Assembly (NCBI GenBank): GCA_015065225.1
Contig: SVQR01000002.1
Location: forward strand, 1 to 55,584
Direction of reading: 5' to 3'
Length of the DNA: 55,584 nucleotides
Origin: Oscillospiraceae bacterium
GTDB taxonomy: Bacteria > Bacillota > Clostridia > Oscillospirales > CAG-382
The notes beneath the pieces were generated by a model. The model was not told where the DNA came from. It searched no databases and saw nothing but the letters and a program-made list of their open reading frames with translations. The position numbers were made by a program, and so were the translations under genes. Shown piece after piece: positions 29,520-39,503 of the stretch (its first letter is position 1; each line of letters begins with the position of its first letter).

Positions 29520-30944
29520 ATGAAAAAACATACAGATTTCAACTACAACGATATAAAAGAACAATACGGTCTGTGCGATGAGCTTCGGGAGATGAATGCC
29601 GACAGAGAAAAAGCTCTCGGAAGGAAGCTCAGAGCCTGTGTCGAGACCTTCGGATGCCAGCAGAACGAAGCGGACAGCGAAAGAATACTCGGCTGGGCGA
29701 TAAGGTGCGGCTATGAAAAGTGCGACAGCATAGAGGATGCGGATCTAATCGTATACAACACCTGTGCCGTAAGAGAACACGCAGAGCTTCGTGCCCTTTC
29801 AAAGACGGGACAGCTGAAGCACCTGAAAGAAAAGAATCCGGAGCTTCTTATAGGTCTCTGGGGGTGTATGGTTGCACAGGAGCACAGAAAGAACACCATC
29901 AAGCACAGCTACCCTTATGTTGATTTCGTAGCGGGAACAAATATGCTTCACAGATTCCCGGAAATACTGTACGATGTGGTGACCAACAAGAGAAGACGTT
30001 ACTATGTGGACACAGAGGATTATTCTGTAATAGAAGGCAGTGCGATAGAACGTGACAGCTCTTTCCGTGCATGGGTATCCGTCATGTACGGCTGTAATAA
30101 TTTCTGCACATACTGTGTAGTTCCTTATGTTCGTGGAAGAGAGAGAAGCAGAAGTCCCAAAGCTATCCTTGATGAAGTAAGAGACCTTGCGGAAAAAGGA
30201 TACAAGGAGATAACCCTTCTCGGTCAGAATGTGAATTCCTACGGAAAGAGCCTTCCCGAAGAGGAACGTATCACCTTCGCACAGCTTCTTGAAAAGATCT
30301 GTGAGATACCCGGTGATTTTCTTGTAAGATTCATGACAAGTCACCCGAAGGATGCTTCGGACGAGCTTATAGAAGTCATGGCAAGAAATCCAAAAATAGC
30401 ACGTCACTTCCATCTCCCGATGCAGTCCGGAAGCAGTGAGATACTCAAGGCAATGAACCGTCATTATGACAGAGAAAGATATTTCGAAGTTGCAAGGAAG
30501 ATAAAAGCCGCAATGCCGGATATAACGCTTACGACAGATATAATCGTAGGTTTCCCCGGTGAAACGGAGGAACAATTCGAGGATACACTTTCCGCAATAA
30601 AGGAAGTCGGCTTTGACTCGATATACGCATTCATATTCTCGCCGAGAAACGGTACTCCGGCGGCAGAGATGCCGGATCCCTTCACAAAGGAAGAAAAAAG
30701 TGCGAGATTCTCAAGGCTTTTGGCAATTGAATCGGAAGTCAACGCAGCTTTAGGAAAAAATCTTGTCGGTAAAGAAATGCGTATACTCGTTGACACCCCT
30801 GAGGGTGAGGACGGTTACCGAGCAGGAAGAAATTCCGGCAACAAAATAATAAAATTCAAGTCGGATAAGGATTATTACGGAGAATACATAAACGTAAAGG
30901 TAACTTCAAGCGAAGGTGCAAGCGTTTATGCGGAAATAATATAA
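29520..30944 (+). CDS. miaB: tRNA-i6A37 methylthiotransferase (radical SAM MTTase with TRAM domain)
   Basis: 474 aa. N-terminal MTTase cysteines (FGCQQNEADSE, NTCAVRE, GCM). Radical SAM motif CNNFCTYCVVP. Sits upstream of ymcA-like and mutS-mutL, as in the Bacillus ymcB-ymcA...mutSL arrangement. Confidence 0.85.
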   Translation: MKKHTDFNYNDIKEQYGLCDELREMNADREKALGRKLRACVETFGCQQNEADSERILGWAIRCGYEKCDSIEDADLIVYNTCAVREHAELRALSKTGQLKHLKEKNPELLIGLWGCMVAQEHRKNTIKHSYPYVDFVAGTNMLHRFPEILYDVVTNKRRRYYVDTEDYSVIEGSAIERDSSFRAWVSVMYGCNNFCTYCVVPYVRGRERSRSPKAILDEVRDLAEKGYKEITLLGQNVNSYGKSLPEEERITFAQLLEKICEIPGDFLVRFMTSHPKDASDELIEVMARNPKIARHFHLPMQSGSSEILKAMNRHYDRERYFEVARKIKAAMPDITLTTDIIVGFPGETEEQFEDTLSAIKEVGFDSIYAFIFSPRNGTPAAEMPDPFTKEEKSARFSRLLAIESEVNAALGKNLVGKEMRILVDTPEGEDGYRAGRNSGNKIIKFKSDKDYYGEYINVKVTSSEGASVYAEII

Positions 30945-30975
30945 AACAACAACACCAAACGAAAGGAAACATAAA

Positions 30976-31386
30976 ATGACAGAACTCCAGATAATAGAGC
31001 TTGCAAAGACACTCGGCAAGGAGCTGAAGGCAAGCAAGAAATTCAACGAATACACAGAAGCAAAAAAGGAATTCTTCGCAAACGACGAGCTTAAAACAAA
31101 GCTCTCGGAATTCAAAGTACAGAAGGATCTTCTCGACAAGCAGGCAGAGCTTACAAACGCCGACGAGCAGATAATCGACGCCATCGGTGCAAGAGCAGAG
31201 ACACTCTACCGTGAGATCAACGAGCATCCCGTATATCAGAGATTCCAGACAGCGGAACAGGAATTCAATGTACTTCTCGGCGCCGTAAATTCCACAATAA
31301 GCTCCTTCCTCGCAGACACCGAAGTAACAACAAGCAGCGGATGCAGCGGACATTGCGAATCCTGCAAGAGCAACTGTAAGCATTGA
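30976..31386 (+). CDS. YmcA/YlbF (Com_YlbF) family protein with a Cys-rich C-terminal tail
   Basis: 136 aa, helical. Position after miaB. Tail GCSGHCESCKSNCKH. Confidence 0.7.
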   Translation: MTELQIIELAKTLGKELKASKKFNEYTEAKKEFFANDELKTKLSEFKVQKDLLDKQAELTNADEQIIDAIGARAETLYREINEHPVYQRFQTAEQEFNVLLGAVNSTISSFLADTEVTTSSGCSGHCESCKSNCKH

Positions 31387-31390
31387 GATT

Positions 31391-31594
31391 AAGGATTTAG
31401 GATTTAGGGGATAGGATTTAGGGGATAGGGAAGGTTGGAAGCTTCGCTTCCTTCATTTGATTGAATTATAAAGTATTGATTTGATACTTGGTCTTATCAA
31501 TCAAAGCCCTCATTTATCAATTTTTAAATAAAAATGTAAATTGCGAAGCAATTGTCCTTCCCTAAATCCTAAATCCTATATCCTATATCCTACC
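31391..31594. repeat. Composite inverted-repeat element: G-rich arm, GCGAAGC hairpin, AT-rich core, GCGAAGC hairpin, C-rich arm
   Basis: Left arm 31391-31434 (ggatttagg/ggatagg units). Hairpin ggaagcTTCgcttcc at 31437-31451. Hairpin aattgcGAAgcaatt at 31539-31553. Right arm ccttccctaaatcctaaatcctatatcc... at 31556-31594. The arms are mutually complementary. Confidence 0.75.
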
Positions 31595-31627
31595 ATTCCA
31601 TCTATAACATCAAGAAAGGATACCATC

Positions 31628-34219
31628 ATGCCCTACACTCCCATGATGCTTCAATACTTTGAAGTAAAGGAACAATACAAGGACCACATACTCTTCTACC
31701 GTCTGGGGGACTTTTATGAAATGTTCTTTGACGATGCAAAAACAGCTTCCCGCGAGCTTGAGCTAACTCTTACGGGACGTGACTGCGGTATGGAGGAACG
31801 TGCGCCGATGTGCGGTGTTCCCTATCACAGTGCGGAGAATTATATTGCAAAGCTTGTAAGCAGAGGATATAAGGTCGCAATATGTGAGCAGGTGGAGGAT
31901 CCCGCCACGGCAAAAGGTATAGTTAAAAGAGATGTCGTAAGGATCATTACTCCGGGTACGGTTACCGAGGGAAGCCTGCTTACCGACGGAAAGAACAACT
32001 ACCTTTGTGCAATGTTCATCGAAGGCTCACGTGCAGGCTTTGCGGTGGCGGATATATCTACTGCAGATGTTTACGCGACGGACTTTTCGCAGGGAGATAT
32101 AATATCGAGACTTACCGGTGAGCTTGCAGTATATAATCCCAGCGAGATCATTACAAATATAGATGAAGAAAGCCTTGACGAGCTTACGGAGTATATAAGA
32201 GGCAGACTCGGTGCATTCCTCGGTGCAGGCGATACGGAAAGGTTCTCCAAGGGACTTGATAATCTCGCAAAGCAGTTCGGAGATGACTATTTAAACGAAT
32301 ATGGAATAGATGCGGAATCTCCTGCCCTTGTTGCGTTGTCGGCACTTCTTGATTACCTCACGGAAACACAGAAAAAGGACATATCCAACATCAACAAGCT
32401 CACATACTACAACAACGAGCAGTTCCTTGCGATAGATGTCAACACAAGAAGAAACCTTGAGCTGTGCGAGGCGATGCGTACCCGTGAAAAGAGAGGTACA
32501 CTTCTGTGGGTGCTTGACAAGACAAAAACAGCTATGGGATCGAGACTTCTGAGAAAATGGGTGGAACAGCCGCTTGTTTCCGTCAATATGATAAATACCC
32601 GTCAGGAAGCGGTAAAGGAGCTTTTCGGAAGCTTTATTGCCAAAGAGGAGCTTCAGACGGAGCTTTCCGGCATAAATGACATTGAAAGACTTCTTACAAA
32701 GATAGTCTACGGCACAGCCAACGGCAGAGATCTTACGGCACTTATGTCCACCTGCGAGCATCTTCCGAGAATAAGAGAGCTTCTTGCATCCATGGAATGT
32801 CCGGAGCTTTGCGACCTCTATATGAACATAGATGAGCTGACAGATATCAAGGAGGAGATACACGCCGCAATATGCGACAATCCTCCGTTCTCGGTGCGTG
32901 AGGGCGGATTTATCCGTGACGGCTACAATGCTCAGGTGGATGAGCTTCGGAGCATCATGGGCGAAGGAAAGAGCTGGATAACCCAGATCGAGCAGAAGGA
33001 AAAGGATGCCACAGGCATAAAGAACCTCAAGGTCGGATACAACAGAGTATTCGGATATTACATAGAAGTTACAAAATCAAATATAGACATGGTTCCGGAG
33101 ACTTATATCAGAAAGCAGACACTTACGGGATGCGAAAGATATATCACTCAGGAGCTTAAAGACATGGAAGCAAAGGTGCTTGGAGCACAGGATAAGATAG
33201 TTGCACTTGAGTACGAGCTTTTCGTAAAGCTTTGTTCCTATATCTCGGCAAGCGTCGTAAGGCTTCAGAGAACGGCGGCACTTCTTGCAAGACTTGATGT
33301 TTATGTTTCCCTTGCGGATGTTGCAAGTAAAAATAATTATGTATGTCCCGAAGTGGACTACTCGGATAAGCTCGACATAAAGGGCGGCAGACATCCTATA
33401 GTCGAAAAATATATGTCCGGAAATCAGATGTTCGTTCCCAACGATGCATATCTCGATGAAAACAGACGCATCATGCTGATAACAGGCCCCAACATGGCAG
33501 GTAAATCCACATATATGAGGCAGAACGCACTCATCGTCATAATGGCACAGATTGGCTCGTTCGTTCCCTGCGAAAGTGCAAGGATAGGTATTGTGGACAA
33601 GGTATTTACAAGAGTCGGTGCGAGTGACGACCTTGCTTCCGGTCAATCAACATTCATGCTTGAGATGAACGAGGTAGCATATATCCTCGCAAATGCAACA
33701 AAGAAGAGCTTTATAATCTATGATGAGATAGGCAGAGGCACATCCACCTATGACGGCATGAGCATAGCAAGAGCCATAGCAGAATATACAGCCGGCAAAA
33801 AGATAGGTGCAAAGACGATGTTCGCCACCCACTACCATGAGCTGACGGAGCTTACCGAGACTTTTCCGTGTATAGTCAACTACTCCATCGCGGCAAAGAA
33901 ACGCGGTGACGAGTTGATATTCCTTCGCAAGATAGTGGAAGGTGCGGCAGATGACAGCTACGGTATAGAGGTTGCAAAACTTGCGGGCGTACCGAACGAA
34001 GTAATAAAGAGAGCCAAGGAAGTCCTTGAGAGCCTTGAGAACGGTATAGGTGTACCGCTCGGCAAAGGAGCAAAGAAGAAGGAAGAAGAGCCTACGCTCT
34101 CCTTTGATGATCTTGCAAAGGATAAGATCTACAGCATGATAAAGCATACGGAGCTCGATACGCTGTCTCCTATTGAGGCGTTGCAGAGGCTGTATGAATT
34201 GAAGAAGTATACGTTGTAA
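31628..34219 (+). CDS. mutS: DNA mismatch repair protein MutS
   Basis: ATG at 31628 (MPYTPMMLQYFEVKEQY), after AAGAAAGGA. The track ORF is extended upstream through the repeat. Walker A TGPNMAGKSTYMRQ. Confidence 0.93.
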   Translation: MPYTPMMLQYFEVKEQYKDHILFYRLGDFYEMFFDDAKTASRELELTLTGRDCGMEERAPMCGVPYHSAENYIAKLVSRGYKVAICEQVEDPATAKGIVKRDVVRIITPGTVTEGSLLTDGKNNYLCAMFIEGSRAGFAVADISTADVYATDFSQGDIISRLTGELAVYNPSEIITNIDEESLDELTEYIRGRLGAFLGAGDTERFSKGLDNLAKQFGDDYLNEYGIDAESPALVALSALLDYLTETQKKDISNINKLTYYNNEQFLAIDVNTRRNLELCEAMRTREKRGTLLWVLDKTKTAMGSRLLRKWVEQPLVSVNMINTRQEAVKELFGSFIAKEELQTELSGINDIERLLTKIVYGTANGRDLTALMSTCEHLPRIRELLASMECPELCDLYMNIDELTDIKEEIHAAICDNPPFSVREGGFIRDGYNAQVDELRSIMGEGKSWITQIEQKEKDATGIKNLKVGYNRVFGYYIEVTKSNIDMVPETYIRKQTLTGCERYITQELKDMEAKVLGAQDKIVALEYELFVKLCSYISASVVRLQRTAALLARLDVYVSLADVASKNNYVCPEVDYSDKLDIKGGRHPIVEKYMSGNQMFVPNDAYLDENRRIMLITGPNMAGKSTYMRQNALIVIMAQIGSFVPCESARIGIVDKVFTRVGASDDLASGQSTFMLEMNEVAYILANATKKSFIIYDEIGRGTSTYDGMSIARAIAEYTAGKKIGAKTMFATHYHELTELTETFPCIVNYSIAAKKRGDELIFLRKIVEGAADDSYGIEVAKLAGVPNEVIKRAKEVLESLENGIGVPLGKGAKKKEEEPTLSFDDLAKDKIYSMIKHTELDTLSPIEALQRLYELKKYTL

Positions 34220-34318
34220 GGGTTTAGGAACTAGGAACCAGAATCAAATTTGCACTTCACAATTCAATCAATATGAAGGAAACGAAGTTTCCATCATCCC
34301 CTATCTCCTGTTCCCTAA
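34220..34318. repeat. Third copy of the hairpin-plus-CCCTA-tract repeat module, in the mutS-mutL spacer
   Basis: aattcaatcaatatgaaggaaacGAAgtttcc (hairpin at 34278-34292), then cccctatctcctgttccctaa (34298-34318). Partially complementary G-rich arm gggtttaggaactaggaacc at 34220-34239. Alignable to the reverse complement of 31391-31470. Confidence 0.7.
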
Positions 34319-34344
34319 TTTTCTTTCCCGGAGGTGAATACAAA

Positions 34345-36678
34345 ATGGGCATAATCAACGTCCTGGATAAGCACACAGCAAATCTAATTGCCGCAGGCGA
34401 GGTGGTCGAAAGACCTTCAAGCGCAATAAAAGAGCTTATGGAAAACAGCGCAGATGCGGGAGCAACACAGCTTACCGTTGAGATAAAGAACGGCGGAAGC
34501 ACATATATAAGAGTCAGTGACAACGGTTGCGGTATAGCTGCAGAGGACGTCCCTGTATGTATCCTCCGCCATGCTACAAGTAAGATACGCAACAAGAACG
34601 ATCTTGCCGCCATATCAACCCTCGGCTTCAGAGGAGAAGCTCTTGCGGCGATTGCGGCAGTCACCCGTCTTCGCATAATGACAAAACGCCGTGACGATGA
34701 AACGGGAACATATTTTGCATCCGACTTCGGTGAAAAAAAGGAGATATCCGAAACAGGCTGTCCCGACGGAACTACCATAATCGCAGAGAATCTCTTTGAA
34801 AATGTACCCGCAAGAAGAAAATTCCTGCGTAAAGATGTATCGGAGGCCAAGGCTGTCGGTGCGGCAGTGGAGAAATTCGCACTGTCAAAGCCGCATATCG
34901 CGGTGACATTTATTTCCGACGGCAGCGTTAAGCTCAAGACTCCCGGTGACGGTAACCTCAAAAACTGTATTTATGCGGCACTGGGCAAGGAGTTTACCGA
35001 CAATATGCTCCCTGTTTCATATACATTCAATGATATCTCGATATCCGGCTTTATAGGCAAGCCCCAGCTTGCACGTCCCAACAGAAATCTGCAGAACTTT
35101 TTTATAAACGAAAGATATATAAAATCCGGCACAATGGCGGCGGGACTTGAGGAGGGCTTCAAGAGCTTCTGTCCCATAGGTAAATTCCCCGCCTGCGTAC
35201 TGTTTTTAAAAATAGACTTTGACAAGGTGGATATAAACATACATCCCGCAAAGCTGGAAGTAAAATTCACAGGCGAACGTCAGGTGTTTGAAGCGGTGAT
35301 GTACGGTGTACGTAATGCACTATCAAGAGGTATGGAATCATTCTCACCGCCAAAGGCACAGAGATTTCCGGATGACATTACACATGAAGCACCCAATGCA
35401 ACGGTGAATAATTCCGGAAAAAACACCAACACTTTTACGGATGCCTTTGCAAGACCGGCAGAAATGATAGCCGACAAGGGCGTTATCTCCGTACCAAATC
35501 CGCAAAGCATAAAAACTGTCTACGGTCAAGAAACGGAAAACGGCGTAAATTCTTTGAATTTTGATTACGGAATGCCCGACTACGCAAAAGAACCAAAGCA
35601 TACTCCACCTGTGCAGACGGGTGCTGTAAACGGCAGCTTTGAAACCGAAGCGGAAAAAAATACGGAAACGGCACAGTCCCCCATATTTTCCGACAAACCG
35701 CTTGTATTTGAGGAGGTATCCATTGAGAGCCTCAACTTCGAAGATAAGCCGACAAGATACAAGAATCCGCGCATAGAACAAAAAATACAGCAAATTCTTG
35801 AGGAAAAAAGGCATATGAACGTACAGAATATTCCTTTTTCTCAAGAAGCAACAGACAGTAGTGAAGCTGAAAGCATCGAGAATATCCCTGCGGATAATAT
35901 AGATGATCAAACAGCTGCATATACACCAACAGATGAAGCCGCACTTCCGTCATCGCCCTCGGCTTCAAGCATCGCAGAGGAACAGAATCCCGCACCCGAA
36001 GATATATCGCTGTTCCAATCAATGCCCAAAGAAGCATCACAGGTGCCGGAAGCTCCGTTCAGAGAATCTTCCGACAGGGATACCGCAAACGAGCTTATGC
36101 AAAGAGTCAGCCGCGGAATAACCGTTATCGGAGAAGCATTCAACTCATATATCATAGTACAGCGTGATAACACACTTTATATGATAGACAAGCACGCCGC
36201 ACATGAGAGGATAATATACGAATCGCTGAAAAAAGGCAAAAAAGAAGGCGGAACTCAGCTCCTTCTGTTGCCCATCACGGTAAATGTTGCCGCAGAGGAA
36301 TCAATAGCCATTGCGGAAAACGGCGAATATCTTGAAAATATCGGTTATATCTTTGAGGAATTCGGCACAAACACATATATCCTACGCGGAGTCCCCGCTG
36401 AAATAGACATCGAAAGTGCAAGCGAGACATTTGTATACCTTGCAGGTCAGATAGCCCGTGCGGGAGGTAAAGCGATAGGCGATATATTTGACAGAGCTCT
36501 TTACACAGCCGCCTGCAAAGCCGCAGTAAAAGCGGGAACAAAGACCTCCAAGCTGTCCTCGACCATGATAGCGGATATATTATTCTCGGACGAGGCGGTG
36601 TTGTACTGTCCCCACGGCCGACCGGTCATACTCGAATTTTCGAAATCAAAGCTGGACAAAATGTTCTCACGAACCTAA
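34345..36678 (+). CDS. mutL: DNA mismatch repair protein MutL
   Basis: ATG at 34345 (MGIINVLDKHTANLIAAGEVVERP), after GGAGGTG. GHKL ATPase motifs. Long low-complexity linker. C-terminal dimerisation/endonuclease domain. Confidence 0.92.
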   Translation: MGIINVLDKHTANLIAAGEVVERPSSAIKELMENSADAGATQLTVEIKNGGSTYIRVSDNGCGIAAEDVPVCILRHATSKIRNKNDLAAISTLGFRGEALAAIAAVTRLRIMTKRRDDETGTYFASDFGEKKEISETGCPDGTTIIAENLFENVPARRKFLRKDVSEAKAVGAAVEKFALSKPHIAVTFISDGSVKLKTPGDGNLKNCIYAALGKEFTDNMLPVSYTFNDISISGFIGKPQLARPNRNLQNFFINERYIKSGTMAAGLEEGFKSFCPIGKFPACVLFLKIDFDKVDINIHPAKLEVKFTGERQVFEAVMYGVRNALSRGMESFSPPKAQRFPDDITHEAPNATVNNSGKNTNTFTDAFARPAEMIADKGVISVPNPQSIKTVYGQETENGVNSLNFDYGMPDYAKEPKHTPPVQTGAVNGSFETEAEKNTETAQSPIFSDKPLVFEEVSIESLNFEDKPTRYKNPRIEQKIQQILEEKRHMNVQNIPFSQEATDSSEAESIENIPADNIDDQTAAYTPTDEAALPSSPSASSIAEEQNPAPEDISLFQSMPKEASQVPEAPFRESSDRDTANELMQRVSRGITVIGEAFNSYIIVQRDNTLYMIDKHAAHERIIYESLKKGKKEGGTQLLLLPITVNVAAEESIAIAENGEYLENIGYIFEEFGTNTYILRGVPAEIDIESASETFVYLAGQIARAGGKAIGDIFDRALYTAACKAAVKAGTKTSKLSSTMIADILFSDEAVLYCPHGRPVILEFSKSKLDKMFSRT

Positions 36679-37839
<1,161 letters not shown>

Positions 37840-37888
37840 ATAGGCGCGGAATAATTTGTAAATATTTACTGTTTTTACATCTTAGTTG

Positions 37889-37917
37889 TTGCAAAAAACA
37901 AAAAAGCGTGATATAAT
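37889..37917 (+). promoter_or_regulatory. SigA-type promoter of yajC
   Basis: TTGCAA (37889-37894), 17-nt spacer, TGaTATAAT (TATAAT at 37912-37917). Confidence 0.55.
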
Positions 37918-37961
37918 ATAATTTGTTACGCATAACAATATAATTTCGGAGGTATTTGAAT

Positions 37962-38327
37962 ATGTTACTTACAAACCTTTATACACTTGAAGGAACAACT
38001 CCCGCAGCAGCCCCGGCATCAAGTATGCTCATGCCCCTCATACTCATCGGTGCAATGATCCTCATGTTTTACTTTACAAGCCGTTCCCAGAAAAAGCAGG
38101 CAAAGCGTGAAGAAGAAATGAGAAACAGCATCGGCATCGGTGACGAGATTACAACAATCGGCGGTATCATCGGCAGAGTTGTAAACAAGAGAGAAGACAC
38201 TATTGTCATCGAAACAAGCTCTGACAGAACAAAGATTAAGCTGGAGCTCAGAAGCGTAAGAAGCGTTGACAAGAAGGCAAACGAGAAGAACGAACAGAGA
38301 CCCGTAACCTTCAAGGTAAAGAAATAA
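37962..38327 (+). CDS. yajC: Preprotein translocase subunit YajC
   Basis: ATG at 37962, 8 nt after GGAGGT (the track start at 37956 is a TTG). One TM helix plus the motif IGDEITTIGGIIGRVV. Confidence 0.85.
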   Translation: MLLTNLYTLEGTTPAAAPASSMLMPLILIGAMILMFYFTSRSQKKQAKREEEMRNSIGIGDEITTIGGIIGRVVNKREDTIVIETSSDRTKIKLELRSVRSVDKKANEKNEQRPVTFKVKK

Positions 38328-38337
38328 GCTGTCAAAG

Positions 38338-38366
38338 GGGTGTATCGCGATCGGTACATCCTTTTT
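38338..38366 (+). terminator. Rho-independent terminator after yajC
   Basis: 7-bp stem gggtgta/tacatcc (one G-U pair), then TTTTT. Confidence 0.55.
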
Positions 38367-38463
38367 ATCTGTCTTTTACAGGTCGGTATCTCATCAACCG
38401 AACGAATATCTCCGTTATTTGCCGCATAAACTTTAACAACCAACAAAGCAAAGGAGACATTCG

Positions 38464-38898
38464 ATGACAAACATCACAAATTCAAAAAGCACCGCCACCC
38501 CTACGGGAGCATCATCAATAATCAAGGGCATCATCGGCGGAATATTATCCTTCGCCGTCTGTATACTTCTGATACCGCTTGTCCTTTCAAAAACACAGAC
38601 TCCCGAAAACTACATATCCACCGCAGCGGTAATAACGGTATCTCTTACGGCTTTTGTATCCGCACTTGCGGCAAACTCGGGACGTTACGGCTTTGTCATA
38701 GCGGGTACTCTCACATCTCTTGCAATCATTCTGATACTGGTATGTCTGTCAGTGATTTTCGGAAAAAGCGAGGCGGATAAAAACTTCCTCTTTTCCGCTA
38801 TTCTCTATGCTGCAAGCTTTATCTTTGCAATTTTCGGAGCAAAACTGTCAAGCAGGAAAAAGACATCATCAAAGCACAAACACAAAAAAAGAAGATGA
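38464..38898 (+). CDS. Small polytopic membrane protein, unknown function
   Basis: 144 aa, 4 predicted TM helices, basic C-terminal tail (KKTSSKHKHKKRR). SD AAAGGAG. Confidence 0.6.
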   Translation: MTNITNSKSTATPTGASSIIKGIIGGILSFAVCILLIPLVLSKTQTPENYISTAAVITVSLTAFVSALAANSGRYGFVIAGTLTSLAIILILVCLSVIFGKSEADKNFLFSAILYAASFIFAIFGAKLSSRKKTSSKHKHKKRR

Positions 38899-38914
38899 AA
38901 GAATATGCACAAAA

Positions 38915-38950
38915 AAGGTGTACCCAAATACGGATACACCCTTGTTTTTT
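38915..38950. terminator. Bidirectional terminator between the membrane-protein gene and thpR
   Basis: Hairpin aaggtgta...tacaccctt, flanked by AAAAAA and TTTTTTT. Confidence 0.6.
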
Positions 38951-38966
38951 TATCACTGTCAGCACA

Positions 38967-39503
38967 TTAAAGAAGTGTTTTTGCCTCGTAAAGATCTTTT
39001 GCATATACCTCTGTATACGATATACCTTCCCTTGTTGCCTCGCATTTCATAAGACTTACTCTCTTAACCGGAATCTTCGCGGTGAAATCCGTCTCAGGTA
39101 TCATATCCTTTGCTATCACCGTATCTCTTGACACAGTAAGATGAGGCTTGAATTCGTTCTTTTCCTTCATCACACCCTTGCGTACAAGACTTCTGTAAAG
39201 TATCTTCTGAAGTCTGACAAGCTCGGGACTCTTTTCAATACCTACCCAGTATACCTCTCCGCCGGAACGTCTGAATTTTCCGTTGTCGGAAAGAGCTATC
39301 TCAAACTGCTCCGAATCTATTGCATCCATTGTTTCGACTACCGCACCGATCTGAGTTGTTTCACCGACATAAACAAGCGACAGATGGATATTATCTTTTT
39401 TTGTAAAAGAACCCTTGTCACAGTTTTTTGTCAGAAGCTGCATATGGTCGTACAAAAGATTTTTAGTTTCTTCTTCAAAGTTGACTGATATCAGTAGTTT
39501 CAT
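38967..39503 (-). CDS. thpR: RNA 2',3'-cyclic phosphodiesterase (2H phosphoesterase, LigT/ThpR family)
   Basis: 178 aa. Two HxT/S motifs (HLSLVY, HLTVSR). Confidence 0.8.
   Translation of the reverse strand: MKLLISVNFEEETKNLLYDHMQLLTKNCDKGSFTKKDNIHLSLVYVGETTQIGAVVETMDAIDSEQFEIALSDNGKFRRSGGEVYWVGIEKSPELVRLQKILYRSLVRKGVMKEKNEFKPHLTVSRDTVIAKDMIPETDFTAKIPVKRVSLMKCEATREGISYTEVYAKDLYEAKTLL

Noticed and set aside
31391-31434. TTTAGGG/CCCTAAA units resembling plant-type telomere repeats, and G-quadruplex potential in the G-rich arm.
   Set aside because: The units are irregular, and only three runs of 3 or more G are present. The telomere resemblance is best treated as coincidence. A two-tetrad G4 is possible, but the sequence alone does not support it.
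31541-31627. N-terminal extensions in the ORF track for mutS (31541), mutL (34273), proA (7502), the GH36-like gene (42724), sfsA (50025), the SdpI-like gene (50629), pfkA (26294) and yajC (37956).
   Set aside because: In each case a downstream ATG has a proper SD at 5-10 nt and begins the conserved family N-terminus. The extended versions start at non-ATG codons without an SD, run through repeats or overlap the upstream gene.
31391-34318. Mini-ORFs starting at the ATG just 5' of each GAA hairpin (MKEAKLPTFPIP on the minus strand of copy A; MKETKFPSSPIS..., in frame with mutL, in copy C), considered as possible leader peptides.
   Set aside because: No SD precedes any of them. The third copy reads ATG-TAA. 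The amino-acid changes follow the compensatory stem changes. I conclude that selection acts on the structure and not on a peptide.
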